Assembly: GCF_001598795.1 (NCBI RefSeq)
Contig: NZ_BCZP01000009.1
Location: 180,001-212,000 of the forward strand
DNA length: 32,000 nt
Reading direction: 5' to 3'
From: Delftia acidovorans NBRC 14950
Lineage (GTDB): Bacteria > Pseudomonadota > Gammaproteobacteria > Burkholderiales > Burkholderiaceae_C
Of the stretch, positions 6,416 through 14,795 are shown in pieces. Below the pieces are notes generated by a model that did no database searches, had not been told where the DNA came from, and was given only the letters and a program-made list of their open reading frames with translations. Within the stretch, counting starts at the first letter, position 1. The number at the start of each line of letters is the position of its first letter. The position numbers and the translations under genes are program-made.

Positions 6416-8286
6416 ATGCCGGGCCTTTGTCCGGGGCGCGGAGTCCAGCGCGCGACGGGGCCGCGCTGGCGCGAGTGCAGCTGCAGCTCGGTGAAGCTGT
6501 TGACGCCCACATGGCGGGCGAAGAATCGCTCCAGCACATTGGACAGGGGCCAGGGGCTGACGCCGGCCATGGCCGGCTCGTCCACGCTCAGGTGTACGCC
6601 CACGCCGCGGCCGTAGACCAGCTGGCGGTGCTGGGGCAGGCGGCGCGTGATGGGTTCGATGCGCATGCCCTGGATGGCGGCGATCTGCCCGGCCAGCTGG
6701 TGGTTGCCCAGGTCCAGGTACAGGCGCAGCAGCTCCTGCAGCGTGGCCGCGCCTTCCTCGTCGGACAGATCGGTCATGGCCAGGTAGTTCAGGCTCAGGT
6801 GGGAGATCAATCGCCAGGTCAGGCCTCCGTCGGCCACGGCGGGGATGGGCGCGCTGGGGCCGGCGATGGCGCGGGCCCATTCCACGGGCGCCGATTCCTG
6901 CAGCGCAAAGTCGCCGCCCGGCTGGTTGACGCGCATGAGCAGGGGCAGGTCGCGGTTGGTGCACAGGGTGTGCATGGACAGCTGCTTGAGGTCGTCGGAG
7001 AACGGGGCCTCGCGCTGGTCCACCAGGGAGATGAAGACTTCCGAGCCCAGGTACTGCGTGCGTGGGCCGCTGCGCAGGCTGCGCTCGGAAAACAGCCGGG
7101 GCTCGCGCCGCGTGGTGAAGTAGGCCTGCTCGGTGGAGTGCAGGCCGTGCGTGGATGCGTACAGCGGCGCGAATTCGCGGTCCTGGGTCTTGCCTTCGTG
7201 GTGGCCGGTGACAGCCTGCACGCCGTAGACCTCGAAGTCCAGCGGCCGCGTGCGGTCGGGAATGACGTGGTACTCGTGCACGTTGGAGGCCACATGCAGG
7301 CGGTCCGCCGTGTACTCGAACAGGTTGATGGCCGGAATGCAGTGCATCAGCAGCTTGGCCGCGTCGATCTGCGGCTCCAGCGTGGGCGCGGCGCGGCGCA
7401 GCAGCACGGTGATGCCCACGCCGTCATGGGCAATGCGGCGCATGCTGCGCGACAGGCCGTTGATCGAGAAAAACCGCTGCCGCGCGGGAAACGCAAAGTA
7501 CTCGTGCAGCAGACGGTGGCCCTGGAAGGCGCGGTGCGAATAGGGAATCAGCGCCTGCTCGGTGTCATGGCCTTCGGCGCGCAGTGCATCGGGCTGCAGC
7601 ACGTCCCAGACCTGGCGCGGGTCCTGCGGGTGGTGGACCACGATGGCCAGCGTCTGCGTGTGGATGAGCTCCTGCAGGTGGGAGGCGACGACATCGCCCG
7701 CATGGATGTAGACCCACAACTGGTCCATCGCCAGTTGCATGCACTGCGAGGCGTCCAGCGTGGCCAGCTGCAGGCGCAGGTGGCCGCCGGCCTCGCCCAG
7801 CTGGGGTACCAGCGCATGGGGCAGGTCCAGCGCCGGGCCGCCCAGGCGCGCCTGGCGTATCTCCAGCGGCCACAGCGTCAGCGGCCCGCCGGTGCGGAAT
7901 TCGCAGATGGTCTGCTCTTCCTGTGACTTGTGGGTGCGCAGCACGCTGCCAGAGGGCAGGGTGAATCCGTCCACGAGGTTGCCTTCCTTGGCGCTGGGCT
8001 TGAGCTGGACTACCACCATGGATGGCGTGGGCGCCAGGTAGTGGGGGCACACCATCTCCATCATGCGCTGGGACAGGCGCGGAAACTCCGCATCCATCTT
8101 CAGCTGAATGCGCGCGCTCAGAAAGCTGAAGCCTTCCAGCAGGCGCTCCACATAGGGGTCGGCCACATCGGTGTCGTGCAGGGAAAGGCGGCCCGCCACC
8201 TTGGGGAAGGCGGCGGCGAACTCGGCGCCCAGCTCGCGCAGATAGGCCAGTTCGCGGTTGTAGTACTCGACGAGGCGGGGATTCAT
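6412..8286 (-). CDS. tssF: T6SS baseplate protein TssF (ImpG/VasA), 624 aa
   Basis: ORF 6412..8286. The N-terminus MNPRLVEYYNRELAYLRELGAEFAAAFPKVAGRLSL is the hallmark TssF start, and the length and synteny fit. Confidence 0.95.
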   Translation of the reverse strand: MNPRLVEYYNRELAYLRELGAEFAAAFPKVAGRLSLHDTDVADPYVERLLEGFSFLSARIQLKMDAEFPRLSQRMMEMVCPHYLAPTPSMVVVQLKPSAKEGNLVDGFTLPSGSVLRTHKSQEEQTICEFRTGGPLTLWPLEIRQARLGGPALDLPHALVPQLGEAGGHLRLQLATLDASQCMQLAMDQLWVYIHAGDVVASHLQELIHTQTLAIVVHHPQDPRQVWDVLQPDALRAEGHDTEQALIPYSHRAFQGHRLLHEYFAFPARQRFFSINGLSRSMRRIAHDGVGITVLLRRAAPTLEPQIDAAKLLMHCIPAINLFEYTADRLHVASNVHEYHVIPDRTRPLDFEVYGVQAVTGHHEGKTQDREFAPLYASTHGLHSTEQAYFTTRREPRLFSERSLRSGPRTQYLGSEVFISLVDQREAPFSDDLKQLSMHTLCTNRDLPLLMRVNQPGGDFALQESAPVEWARAIAGPSAPIPAVADGGLTWRLISHLSLNYLAMTDLSDEEGAATLQELLRLYLDLGNHQLAGQIAAIQGMRIEPITRRLPQHRQLVYGRGVGVHLSVDEPAMAGVSPWPLSNVLERFFARHVGVNSFTELQLHSRQRGPVARWTPRPGQRPGI

Positions 8287-8309
8287 GGTGTGTGTGGCGG
8301 CGTCCGGGC

Positions 8310-8864
8310 TCAGGCCCTGAGGTTTTGCAGCGAGACCTGGCCGGTCTCCAGGTCCAGGCTGGTCTTGAGCAGCAGCTCCAGCGGATAGGGCATGGACCAG
8401 AACTGGCAGCGGATCTCGAACTGCAGCGTGTTGTGGTGGTTGAGCTGCTCGGTGGAGGCCAGCAGCGTCACGGCCAGCGTCTTGGGCAGGATGCGCGGCT
8501 CGAAGGCCAGGATGCTTTCGCGGATGCTGCGCTCCACATGGCTCCAGTCCAGCTCGGAAAGCAGCTGGCCGGCCAGCGGCGGCATGCCGTAGTTGATGAC
8601 CGAGCGCTGCACATGCTCCAGCCCCTCCATCTCCACGTGGTCCCAGGCATCGCGCGCATTGAGCAGCCAGCCCAGGTCGCGCAGCAGAGCCTCGCGCAGG
8701 CGGGATTCGTTCACGAAGACCGCATCGGGCCGCTCGGTGCGCAGATGGGGCTCATGGTCGGTCAGCCGGTCCAGCAGGGCGGGCTGCAGCCGGTCCTTGG
8801 CTGCGGTCGCCTGGTTCTGGCGCGTGCGCAGCGTGGGCATGGGGTTGAGGGGACTGGGGCGCAT
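8310..8864 (-). CDS. tssE: T6SS baseplate protein TssE (gp25/GPW-like), 184 aa
   Basis: ORF 8310..8864 has the LLDRLTD motif near the N-terminus and gp25-like size. A GAGGA Shine-Dalgarno lies ~6 nt upstream of the ATG at 8864. The gene precedes tssF. Confidence 0.9.
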   Translation of the reverse strand: MRPSPLNPMPTLRTRQNQATAAKDRLQPALLDRLTDHEPHLRTERPDAVFVNESRLREALLRDLGWLLNARDAWDHVEMEGLEHVQRSVINYGMPPLAGQLLSELDWSHVERSIRESILAFEPRILPKTLAVTLLASTEQLNHHNTLQFEIRCQFWSMPYPLELLLKTSLDLETGQVSLQNLRA

Positions 8865-8873
8865 GGACGGTCC

Positions 8874-9338
8874 TCAAGGGCCAGTGCGGCCCGAATCGGC
8901 CAGTGGGTTCTCGGGCTCCTTGCCTTTCAGTGCAGGGTCCTTGCGACAGGCTGAGAGAGGCCGTGCACGTGCAGAGAAGATCTGCACGATCTGCTCTTTG
9001 CCATTGTCAGTGGACACCTTCAGGCAGGCACAGCCATAACCGGCACTGCCATGACTTGTGCGCACCCAGTCACGGTCCGTGAAACGCGGCCATTCGCCGC
9101 GCGCCTGGTGGCCGCCCTGCTGGCCGATGGTCCATTCGGCCTGGCTGTCGGTCAGCGATGCATTGCCCGGGGTGGGGTTGTCGAACCAGCCACAGCGCAT
9201 GGCATTGGACGGGCCGGGGCCTGCAGCTGATGCAAGCCATGGGCCCACGCACATTACGGCGGCCAGCAGAATGCGCGGGCAGCGAAGAGTGGCCGGGAAC
9301 GGGGTGGCACTTGCTTTTGGCATTGTCTTGTCCTTCAT
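8874..9338 (-). CDS. Small exported Cys-containing protein, putative immunity for the GH19-like effector (DUF4087-like by recollection), 154 aa
   Basis: ORF 8874..9644 trimmed to MKDKTMPKASATPF... (ATG at 9338), which overlaps the effector stop (ATGA at 9335-9338). It has a signal peptide (ILLAAVMCVGPWLASAAG). It also has the motifs RCGWFDNPTPGN, WTIGQQGG and GYGCACLKV. Confidence 0.7.
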   Translation of the reverse strand: MKDKTMPKASATPFPATLRCPRILLAAVMCVGPWLASAAGPGPSNAMRCGWFDNPTPGNASLTDSQAEWTIGQQGGHQARGEWPRFTDRDWVRTSHGSAGYGCACLKVSTDNGKEQIVQIFSARARPLSACRKDPALKGKEPENPLADSGRTGP

Positions 9339-10231
9339 GGCGTGGCGGTGGCTGCCGGTTTGAGGACGCGGGCCTCCAGGAGGATGGCCTGGAACTTGGT
9401 GGCGATGGCTGCGATGTCGGTGGCATGGTCGCTGCCGTTGACCATGCGCCGCGCACCGACGTAGTCCGTGGCACTGCCCAGGAAGAACTGACTGAAGCGT
9501 CGGCCGTTGGCAAAACCTTCCCCGGTACGCATGCCATGTGACATGAGGGCGTAGGCCACCTCGGGTGTCTTGACCAGTTCGGGGTCCAGCAACAGGCCCA
9601 TGCCTCGGCCCACGGCCACGCCGGCGGCTGCATAGTTGGACCACCAGGTGAGCTGGACGTAGCCGCGCCCGTAGAACGCCTGCTCGGCACCGTCGTCCGT
9701 TTCGTAGGCCTTGACGGCGGCGCCGCCATCCTTGGTGCCCATGACCGCCTTGGCCTGGCGGGGCGTCACGGAGCCATTGGGAGAGACGTAAAACTGGTCT
9801 CCATCCTGTTCGGTGATGCGTATCCTGCCGTCAGGCTGCATCTTGATCTTCACGGGCTCGTGATAGCGCCGCCCCTTGCCCTTACCCGCCTCGTTGACAG
9901 GCGCCATGGTCATCAGCCATTTGCGCTCGCGCACGACGATGGGGCGCTTGTGCTTGTCCAGAAGCGGCTGACCCTTCTTGTTGACTGCGATCCGTTCCAC
10001 ACTGGTCGGAGAGGTCGTCTCCCACATCACGGTAGCCAGCATGTAGGCCGCGTAGCGGATGTCGTTGATGCCGGGGTCCTTTTCGATCATGCCCAGCAGT
10101 TGGGCGGCGGCAGGAATGGCAGCGGCATCGAACCGCGCGTCCTTGCCGAACTGCTGCATGAACTCGCGCTGGAACACCGCGCGGTCGTAAGTGCCTGCGT
10201 ATTGGAAGCTGGGTGTAGTCTTGTTGGTCAT
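9335..10231 (-). CDS. GH19/lysozyme-like peptidoglycan glycoside hydrolase, putative T6SS effector (Tge-like), 298 aa
   Basis: ORF 9335..10450 trimmed to Met74 (ATG at 10231, MTNKTTPSFQY...). It has no signal peptide. A candidate catalytic Glu lies in ATVMWE(71)TTSPTSVE. FYGRGYVQLTWWSNYAAAG matches the GH19 YYGRGPIQ(L/I)S.NYNYG motif. The gene sits inside the T6SS core operon and is followed by an exported protein. Confidence 0.75.
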   Translation of the reverse strand: MTNKTTPSFQYAGTYDRAVFQREFMQQFGKDARFDAAAIPAAAQLLGMIEKDPGINDIRYAAYMLATVMWETTSPTSVERIAVNKKGQPLLDKHKRPIVVRERKWLMTMAPVNEAGKGKGRRYHEPVKIKMQPDGRIRITEQDGDQFYVSPNGSVTPRQAKAVMGTKDGGAAVKAYETDDGAEQAFYGRGYVQLTWWSNYAAAGVAVGRGMGLLLDPELVKTPEVAYALMSHGMRTGEGFANGRRFSQFFLGSATDYVGARRMVNGSDHATDIAAIATKFQAILLEARVLKPAATATP

Positions 10232-10271
10232 GCGTGTCGATATGGATAGGCAGTCATTGGGGCAGGCCAGA

Positions 10272-11078
10272 TCAGCCGACGGTCTCCAGCGCCAGCTGGC
10301 GCACTTGCAGCATGGGAAAGTCCTCGGAGTCGGTGACCCAGGTGCGTTGGCCGTGTCCGGCCACGTGGCCCGAGGATTCGTCAGGATCGGAGGCATCTGT
10401 GTCCAGCGGGCTCCACTGCGTGCGGCGCGACATGCGGACGGCGTCGTCATCGCCGGGCGCCAGCGGATAGCGCGCGGGCATGAAGCCCTGCAGCGCGCCG
10501 CCCTCGCGCAGCGTGACCTCGCAGGGCAGCCAGATCAGGTCGCGCAGGTCCTGCACGGGCTCGAAGCCGATCTGTGCAATGGCGTCGAAGGGCAGCCAGT
10601 AGTAGCTGCCGTGCGCCAGCAGCTCGCAGACGGGCCCCAGGCGGGTATCGCTGTCGGCCAGCCATTCGAAGCGGTGCTCGCCCATGTGGCCGGCCGTGGC
10701 GGGCGCTTCGTCCAGGGCGCGGGCGCGCAGGTCCTGGGCGGCCGCTCCTTCATGGGCCAGGGCGTCGATCAGGCAGGCCAGCCATTGCGCGGGCTCGCCC
10801 ATGAGAAAGGGCTTTTTCTTGCCGGCGAAGACCTCGGCGCGCAGCACTTCGCAGCGGATGGCCTCGCGGTAGGCGCGCGCCATAGGCTCGCACGACGGGT
10901 CGAGCTGGGCGCACAGCTGCAGCTGCTCCAGCGCCTTTTGCCATTCGCCCAGCACGCACAGCAGCTGGAAGTAGTAGACGCGCAGGGGCGCCGAGGCCGG
11001 TGCCTGGCGGATCTGGTCCTTCAGAGCCTTGAGTTGCTCGTCCAGGGAAAGCTGTGAGGTGAAGCTGGGCAGGGGCAT
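10272..11078 (-). CDS. tagJ: T6SS accessory protein TagJ (ImpE/SciE family), 268 aa
   Basis: ORF 10272..11078 has a TPR-like N-terminus (LRVYYFQLLCVLGEWQKALEQLQLCAQLDP). The C-terminal ImpE-like part (GSYYWLPFDAI...IWLPCEVTLREGG) fits the family. Its position relative to tssC and tssE matches P. aeruginosa H1. Confidence 0.85.
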   Translation of the reverse strand: MPLPSFTSQLSLDEQLKALKDQIRQAPASAPLRVYYFQLLCVLGEWQKALEQLQLCAQLDPSCEPMARAYREAIRCEVLRAEVFAGKKKPFLMGEPAQWLACLIDALAHEGAAAQDLRARALDEAPATAGHMGEHRFEWLADSDTRLGPVCELLAHGSYYWLPFDAIAQIGFEPVQDLRDLIWLPCEVTLREGGALQGFMPARYPLAPGDDDAVRMSRRTQWSPLDTDASDPDESSGHVAGHGQRTWVTDSEDFPMLQVRQLALETVG

Positions 11079-11126
11079 GGTGAAAACGCAGGAAAAAGAG
11101 AGGGGCGGGGTGCGGCTGCGCCCCGG

Positions 11127-11696
11127 TCAGTCGTCGTAGGAGCGGCAGCCCCAGCGCACGGCGTCGGGCGCCTCGCCGGCCACATGGCCGATGACGATGC
11201 GCGGTGGCGTCTCGTCCAGGCCCTTTCTGAGCGGCATGGCGCGCGTGTACTGGGCGGGCAGCTCGCCAAAGCCTTCAAGATCCCAGCGGCTGCGCGCCTG
11301 CGGCCGGGCCTTGGTGCGCTGGACCAGCGCCTGCAGGCTGCCCGTGGCGCGCGCCGCGACAATGCTGCCGCTGCCGCCGCGCACGGTGATGGAGGACACC
11401 TGCGTGCCATCGATCTCCAGCGGCGTGGCAAACAGATAAAGCAGGTCCAGGCTTTCGCCGGGCGCGCGGTCCACCACGGTCACGCCCTGCGCGCGCAGGC
11501 GCTGGGCCAGCGCTTCGTCGCGGCCGTCGGGAAACTCGATGCGGCAATGCAGGGCGTCGGTGAACAGGGTGGTGATGTCCGCTGCCGTGGCAGGTGCGGC
11601 TTGCACCGTGGCGCAGGCCGTGCCGGCCAGCAGCAGGGTGAAGAAAGCTTTGGAACAGGCGTTCATGGCGTGGCTCAATGGGCGCATCAGGCGCAT
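11127..11696 (-). CDS. Exported protein, putative immunity (Tai-like) for the upstream amidase, 179-189 aa
   Basis: This is the C-terminal part of the composite ORF 11127..12791. Candidate starts are 11696 (MRLMRPLSHAMNACSK..., overlapping the effector stop as TGATG), 11687 and 11666 (MNACSK...). The signal peptide is AFFTLLLAGTACATVQA-AP. It lies directly 3' of the amidase gene. Confidence 0.7.
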   Translation of the reverse strand: MRLMRPLSHAMNACSKAFFTLLLAGTACATVQAAPATAADITTLFTDALHCRIEFPDGRDEALAQRLRAQGVTVVDRAPGESLDLLYLFATPLEIDGTQVSSITVRGGSGSIVAARATGSLQALVQRTKARPQARSRWDLEGFGELPAQYTRAMPLRKGLDETPPRIVIGHVAGEAPDAVRWGCRSYDD

Positions 11697-12067
11697 CAGG
11701 GATGGCGGTAGATCTTGAAAGCGGGCTTGTGGGTGCGGTAGCCGGGGCCTGCCCAGAAACCGTTCTGCTTGAAGTCCGAGATCCAGACGCTTCCGTCGAA
11801 CATCTGCATGTGGCCGGCGGGCGATGAGGTGAAGCCCTGCATCACCGCCACATCGCCCTTCTTGTAGCCACCTTCGGGCATGGCGTCGTAGCGTGTGAAG
11901 CCGGCGGCCACCAGGCTGGTGCCGTAGTCCTTGGCATCGCGCGTGCGCTGCAGTGCGATGCCGCCAGCGCCGATCGCATCGCGCACATAGCGCGCGCAGT
12001 AGCCGGCGGAACTGGCGCGGGCATTGGTCTGCAGGGTGGCGACGGCGTTGTCTACATTCCAGGGCAT
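11696..12067 (-). CDS. Small papain-like (NlpC/P60-CHAP superfamily) peptidoglycan amidase, putative T6SS effector (Tae-like), 123 aa
   Basis: ORF 11696..12067 with no signal peptide. The Cys...His pair is GYC(24)ARYVRDA and PAGH(86)MQMFDG. A GAGAGG Shine-Dalgarno lies ~8 nt upstream. An exported-protein gene follows. Confidence 0.7.
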   Translation of the reverse strand: MPWNVDNAVATLQTNARASSAGYCARYVRDAIGAGGIALQRTRDAKDYGTSLVAAGFTRYDAMPEGGYKKGDVAVMQGFTSSPAGHMQMFDGSVWISDFKQNGFWAGPGYRTHKPAFKIYRHP

Positions 12068-12089
12068 GAAAAGCCTCTCTGAGTTGGGT

Positions 12090-12164
12090 CCTGGAGGGGA
12101 AAGCTTCTCCAGGCCTGTTTCTTGTTATGGGGCCTGGCCCTGGTGCGAGCGTGTCGGCACCAGG
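12090..12164 (-). terminator. Two GC-rich stem-loops in the tssC-to-amidase intercistronic gap (possible partial terminator or mRNA-stabilising structures)
   Basis: Plus-strand pairs are cctggag(12090-12096)/ctccagg(12107-12113) and cctggtgc(12139-12146)/gcaccagg(12157-12164). No clear U-tract follows, so the function is uncertain. Confidence 0.35.
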
Positions 12165-12184
12165 AGCCAGGTGGGCGGACAGTC

Positions 12185-13678
12185 TTACTTCGCGCCCTGC
12201 TTCACGGAAGGCAGCTTGGACACCAGGCGCAGCGACACGGTCAGGCCTTCCAGCTGGTAGTGGGGGCGCAGGAAGAACTTGGAGGTGTAGTAGCCGGGGT
12301 TGCCCTCGACTTCCTGCACCTGCACCTCGGCGGCGGCCAGGGGCTTGCGGGCCTTGGTTTCCTGCGAGGAGTTGGCCGGGTCGCCGTCCACGTAGTTCAT
12401 GATCCAGTCGTTGAGCCAGCGCTCCATGTCGGTGCGCTCGCGGAAGGAGCCGATCTTGTCGCGCACGATGCACTTGAGGTAGTGCGCGAAGCGGCAGCAG
12501 GCGAACATGTAGGGCAGGCGCGCCGACAGGTTGGCATTGGCCGTGGCGTCGGAGTCGTAGTACTCGGCGGGCTTGGCCAGCGACTGGGCGCCGATGAAGG
12601 CGGCCACGTCCGAGTTCTTGCGGTGCACCAGGGGCATGAAGCCGTTCTTGGCGAGCTCGGCCTCGCGGCGGTCGCTGATGGCGATTTCCGTGGGGCACTT
12701 CATGTCCACGCCGCCATCGTCGGTGGGGAAGGTGTGGGCCGGCAGGTTGTCCACCGCGCCGCCCGATTCCACGCCGCGGATGGAGGTGCACCAGCCGTAG
12801 TACTTGAACGAGCGGTTGATGTTGACCGCCATGGCGTAGGCCGAGTTGGCCCAGCAGTACTTGCCGTGGTCGCCGCTGTCGGTTTCTTCCTCGAAATCGA
12901 ATTCATCGACCGGGTTGGTGCGCGCGCCGTAGGGCAGGCGTGCCAGGAAGCGGGGCATGGCCAGGCCGATGTACTTGGCGTCGTCGGACTCGCGCAGGCT
13001 GCGCCAGGCGGCGTACTCGGTGTTGGTGAAGATCTTGGTCAGGTCGCGCGGGTTGGCCAGCTCCTGCCAGGATTCCATCTGCATGATGGCAGGCGCCGCG
13101 CCTGAGATGAAGGGGCAGTGGGCCGCTGCGGCCACCTTGGCCATTTCACCGAGCAGCTCCACGTCCGGCGGGCTGTGGTCGAAGTGGTAGTCGCCCACCA
13201 GGCAGCCGAAGGGCTCGCCGCCGAACTGGCCGTACTCTTCTTCGTACACCTTCTTGAAGACAGGGCTCTGGTCCCAGCCCACGCCCTTGAAGCGGCGCAT
13301 GTTGCGGTGCAGCTCCTTCTTGGAGATGTTCATGACGCGGATCTTGAGCATCTCGTCCACCTCGGTGTTGGTCACCAGGTGGTGCAGACCGCGCCAGGCG
13401 CCTTCGAGCTTCTGGTAGTCATCGTGGTGGATGATGCGGTTGATCTGCTCGGACAGCTTGCGGTCGATCTCGGCAATGATGGCCTGCACCGTCTGGTAGG
13501 CATCGTTGGACAGCGTGATCGCCGAGCCCAGGGCCTGCTGGGCCAGCGTCTGCACGGCCGCTTCCACGGCTTCGCGGGCCTGGTCGGTCTTGGGCTTGAA
13601 TTCCTTTTGCAGCAGGCTGCCGAATTCGCTGCCGGCCAGCGCCTGGGTCGATTGTTCGAGTTGGGTTGCGGTATTCAT
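12185..13678 (-). CDS. tssC: T6SS contractile sheath large subunit TssC (VipB/ImpC), 497 aa
   Basis: ORF 12185..13678 has typical TssC length and sequence (e.g. KIRVMNISK, GEPFGCLVGDY, NLSARLPYMFACCRFAHYLK). An AGGAAGG Shine-Dalgarno lies upstream, and the gene follows tssB. Confidence 0.97.
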   Translation of the reverse strand: MNTATQLEQSTQALAGSEFGSLLQKEFKPKTDQAREAVEAAVQTLAQQALGSAITLSNDAYQTVQAIIAEIDRKLSEQINRIIHHDDYQKLEGAWRGLHHLVTNTEVDEMLKIRVMNISKKELHRNMRRFKGVGWDQSPVFKKVYEEEYGQFGGEPFGCLVGDYHFDHSPPDVELLGEMAKVAAAAHCPFISGAAPAIMQMESWQELANPRDLTKIFTNTEYAAWRSLRESDDAKYIGLAMPRFLARLPYGARTNPVDEFDFEEETDSGDHGKYCWANSAYAMAVNINRSFKYYGWCTSIRGVESGGAVDNLPAHTFPTDDGGVDMKCPTEIAISDRREAELAKNGFMPLVHRKNSDVAAFIGAQSLAKPAEYYDSDATANANLSARLPYMFACCRFAHYLKCIVRDKIGSFRERTDMERWLNDWIMNYVDGDPANSSQETKARKPLAAAEVQVQEVEGNPGYYTSKFFLRPHYQLEGLTVSLRLVSKLPSVKQGAK

Positions 13679-13706
13679 GACGTGCTTGCCTTCCTGATGT
13701 GCTGCC

Positions 13707-14249
13707 TCAAGCCTCGGATGCAGGGCCCAAGGCCTGCGGGGCAGTGATGTTGGGCGCGGCGGCCAGCGACTTGAGCAGCGCAGGGTCCTTGAGCACCTTG
13801 CCGATCAGCTCTTCGGCGCCCTGCTTGCCGTCCATGTAGGAAAGCAGGTTGTGCAGCTGGGTGCGGGCCTCCAGCAGCGAGTTGAGCGCGCCCACGCGCC
13901 GCGCGATGGCGGCGGGGGAGAAGTCCTCCATGCTCTCGAAGCTCAGGTCGATGTTGAGCTTGCCCTCGCCCGTCAGCGTGTTGTCCACCTGGAACGCAAC
14001 GCGGGGCTTGATGGACTTCATGCGCGCATCGAAGTTGTCGATGTCGATTTCCAGGAACTTGCGGTCGGCGATTTCGGGCAGCGGATCGACGGGCTTGCCC
14101 GACAGATCGGCCAGCACGCCCATCACGAAGGGGATCTGCACCTTCTTTTCCGAGCCGTAGATCTCGACGTCGTACTCGATCTGCACGCGCGGCGCACGGT
14201 TGCGCGCGATGAATTTCTGACCACTCTTGCCGGTTTTGGTGAGCGACAT
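13707..14249 (-). CDS. tssB: T6SS contractile sheath small subunit TssB (VipA/ImpB), 180 aa
   Basis: ORF 13707..14249 carries the hallmark RVQIEYDVEIYGSEKKVQIPFVMGVLADLSGKP. An AAGGAA Shine-Dalgarno lies upstream. Confidence 0.97.
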   Translation of the reverse strand: MSLTKTGKSGQKFIARNRAPRVQIEYDVEIYGSEKKVQIPFVMGVLADLSGKPVDPLPEIADRKFLEIDIDNFDARMKSIKPRVAFQVDNTLTGEGKLNIDLSFESMEDFSPAAIARRVGALNSLLEARTQLHNLLSYMDGKQGAEELIGKVLKDPALLKSLAAAPNITAPQALGPASEA

Positions 14250-14372
14250 GCGGGTGTTCCTTTCAAGAAAAAAATGGGTCGCAGAAGTAAAAAGCCTGGA
14301 GTCCCGCCTTGCGGCGGACCGAAGGGCTGAGGGCGCAAGAGGCCGTGTGGAAACAGGTGGACGGGGTGGGTG

Positions 14373-14795
14373 TCATGGGGCAGCCAGCTCCTTGAAAGTG
14401 AAGTCCGGGGCCAGCAGGTCCGTGCATTCCTCGCAGTAGAGGTAGGCGATGGAGCGCTTGTTCTCCGCCGTCCCCCAGCCCGTGCCGCTGTCGATGGTCA
14501 GGTTGACCTGGCGGCCTCCCTTGAAGCGCACGACGGCACTGGCACTGCAGCTACCGGTTTCATAGGCATGCGCGTAATTGAACTGGCTGCTGGGCTTGGC
14601 GTGGCGCAGGAAGTAGCGCGCGCGCTTTTCGTCAATGCGCAGTGAATCGCAATGGATGCTGGGGTCTTCGCTTTTGGCGGTGCCGTCGCGGATCGTGATG
14701 CGCTCGATGGCGTTTGCAGGCCGTGCACCGGCATCTGCGAAGGCTGGCGTCGAGAGACCCACGCCCAGGGCCATGAAACAGCATTTGGCATTCAT
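14373..14795 (-). CDS. Small exported Cys-containing protein of unknown function, 140 aa
   Basis: ORF 14373..14795 has the signal peptide MNAKCCFMALGVGLSTPAFA-DAG and four Cys in the mature part. Its ATG overlaps the tssA stop (ATGA at 14792-14795). Third positions are G/C-rich. I recognise no family. Confidence 0.6.
   Translation of the reverse strand: MNAKCCFMALGVGLSTPAFADAGARPANAIERITIRDGTAKSEDPSIHCDSLRIDEKRARYFLRHAKPSSQFNYAHAYETGSCSASAVVRFKGGRQVNLTIDSGTGWGTAENKRSIAYLYCEECTDLLAPDFTFKELAAP

Noticed and set aside
14250-14372. Possible terminator or attenuator between the small exported ORF and tssB (ccgcc-ttgc-ggcgg at 14304-14317, with a T-run on the minus strand ~10 nt away)
   Set aside because: The stem is only 5 bp, and the T-run is not adjacent to it. 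I found no convincing sigma70 or sigma54 promoter either. I leave this as an unannotated intergenic gap.
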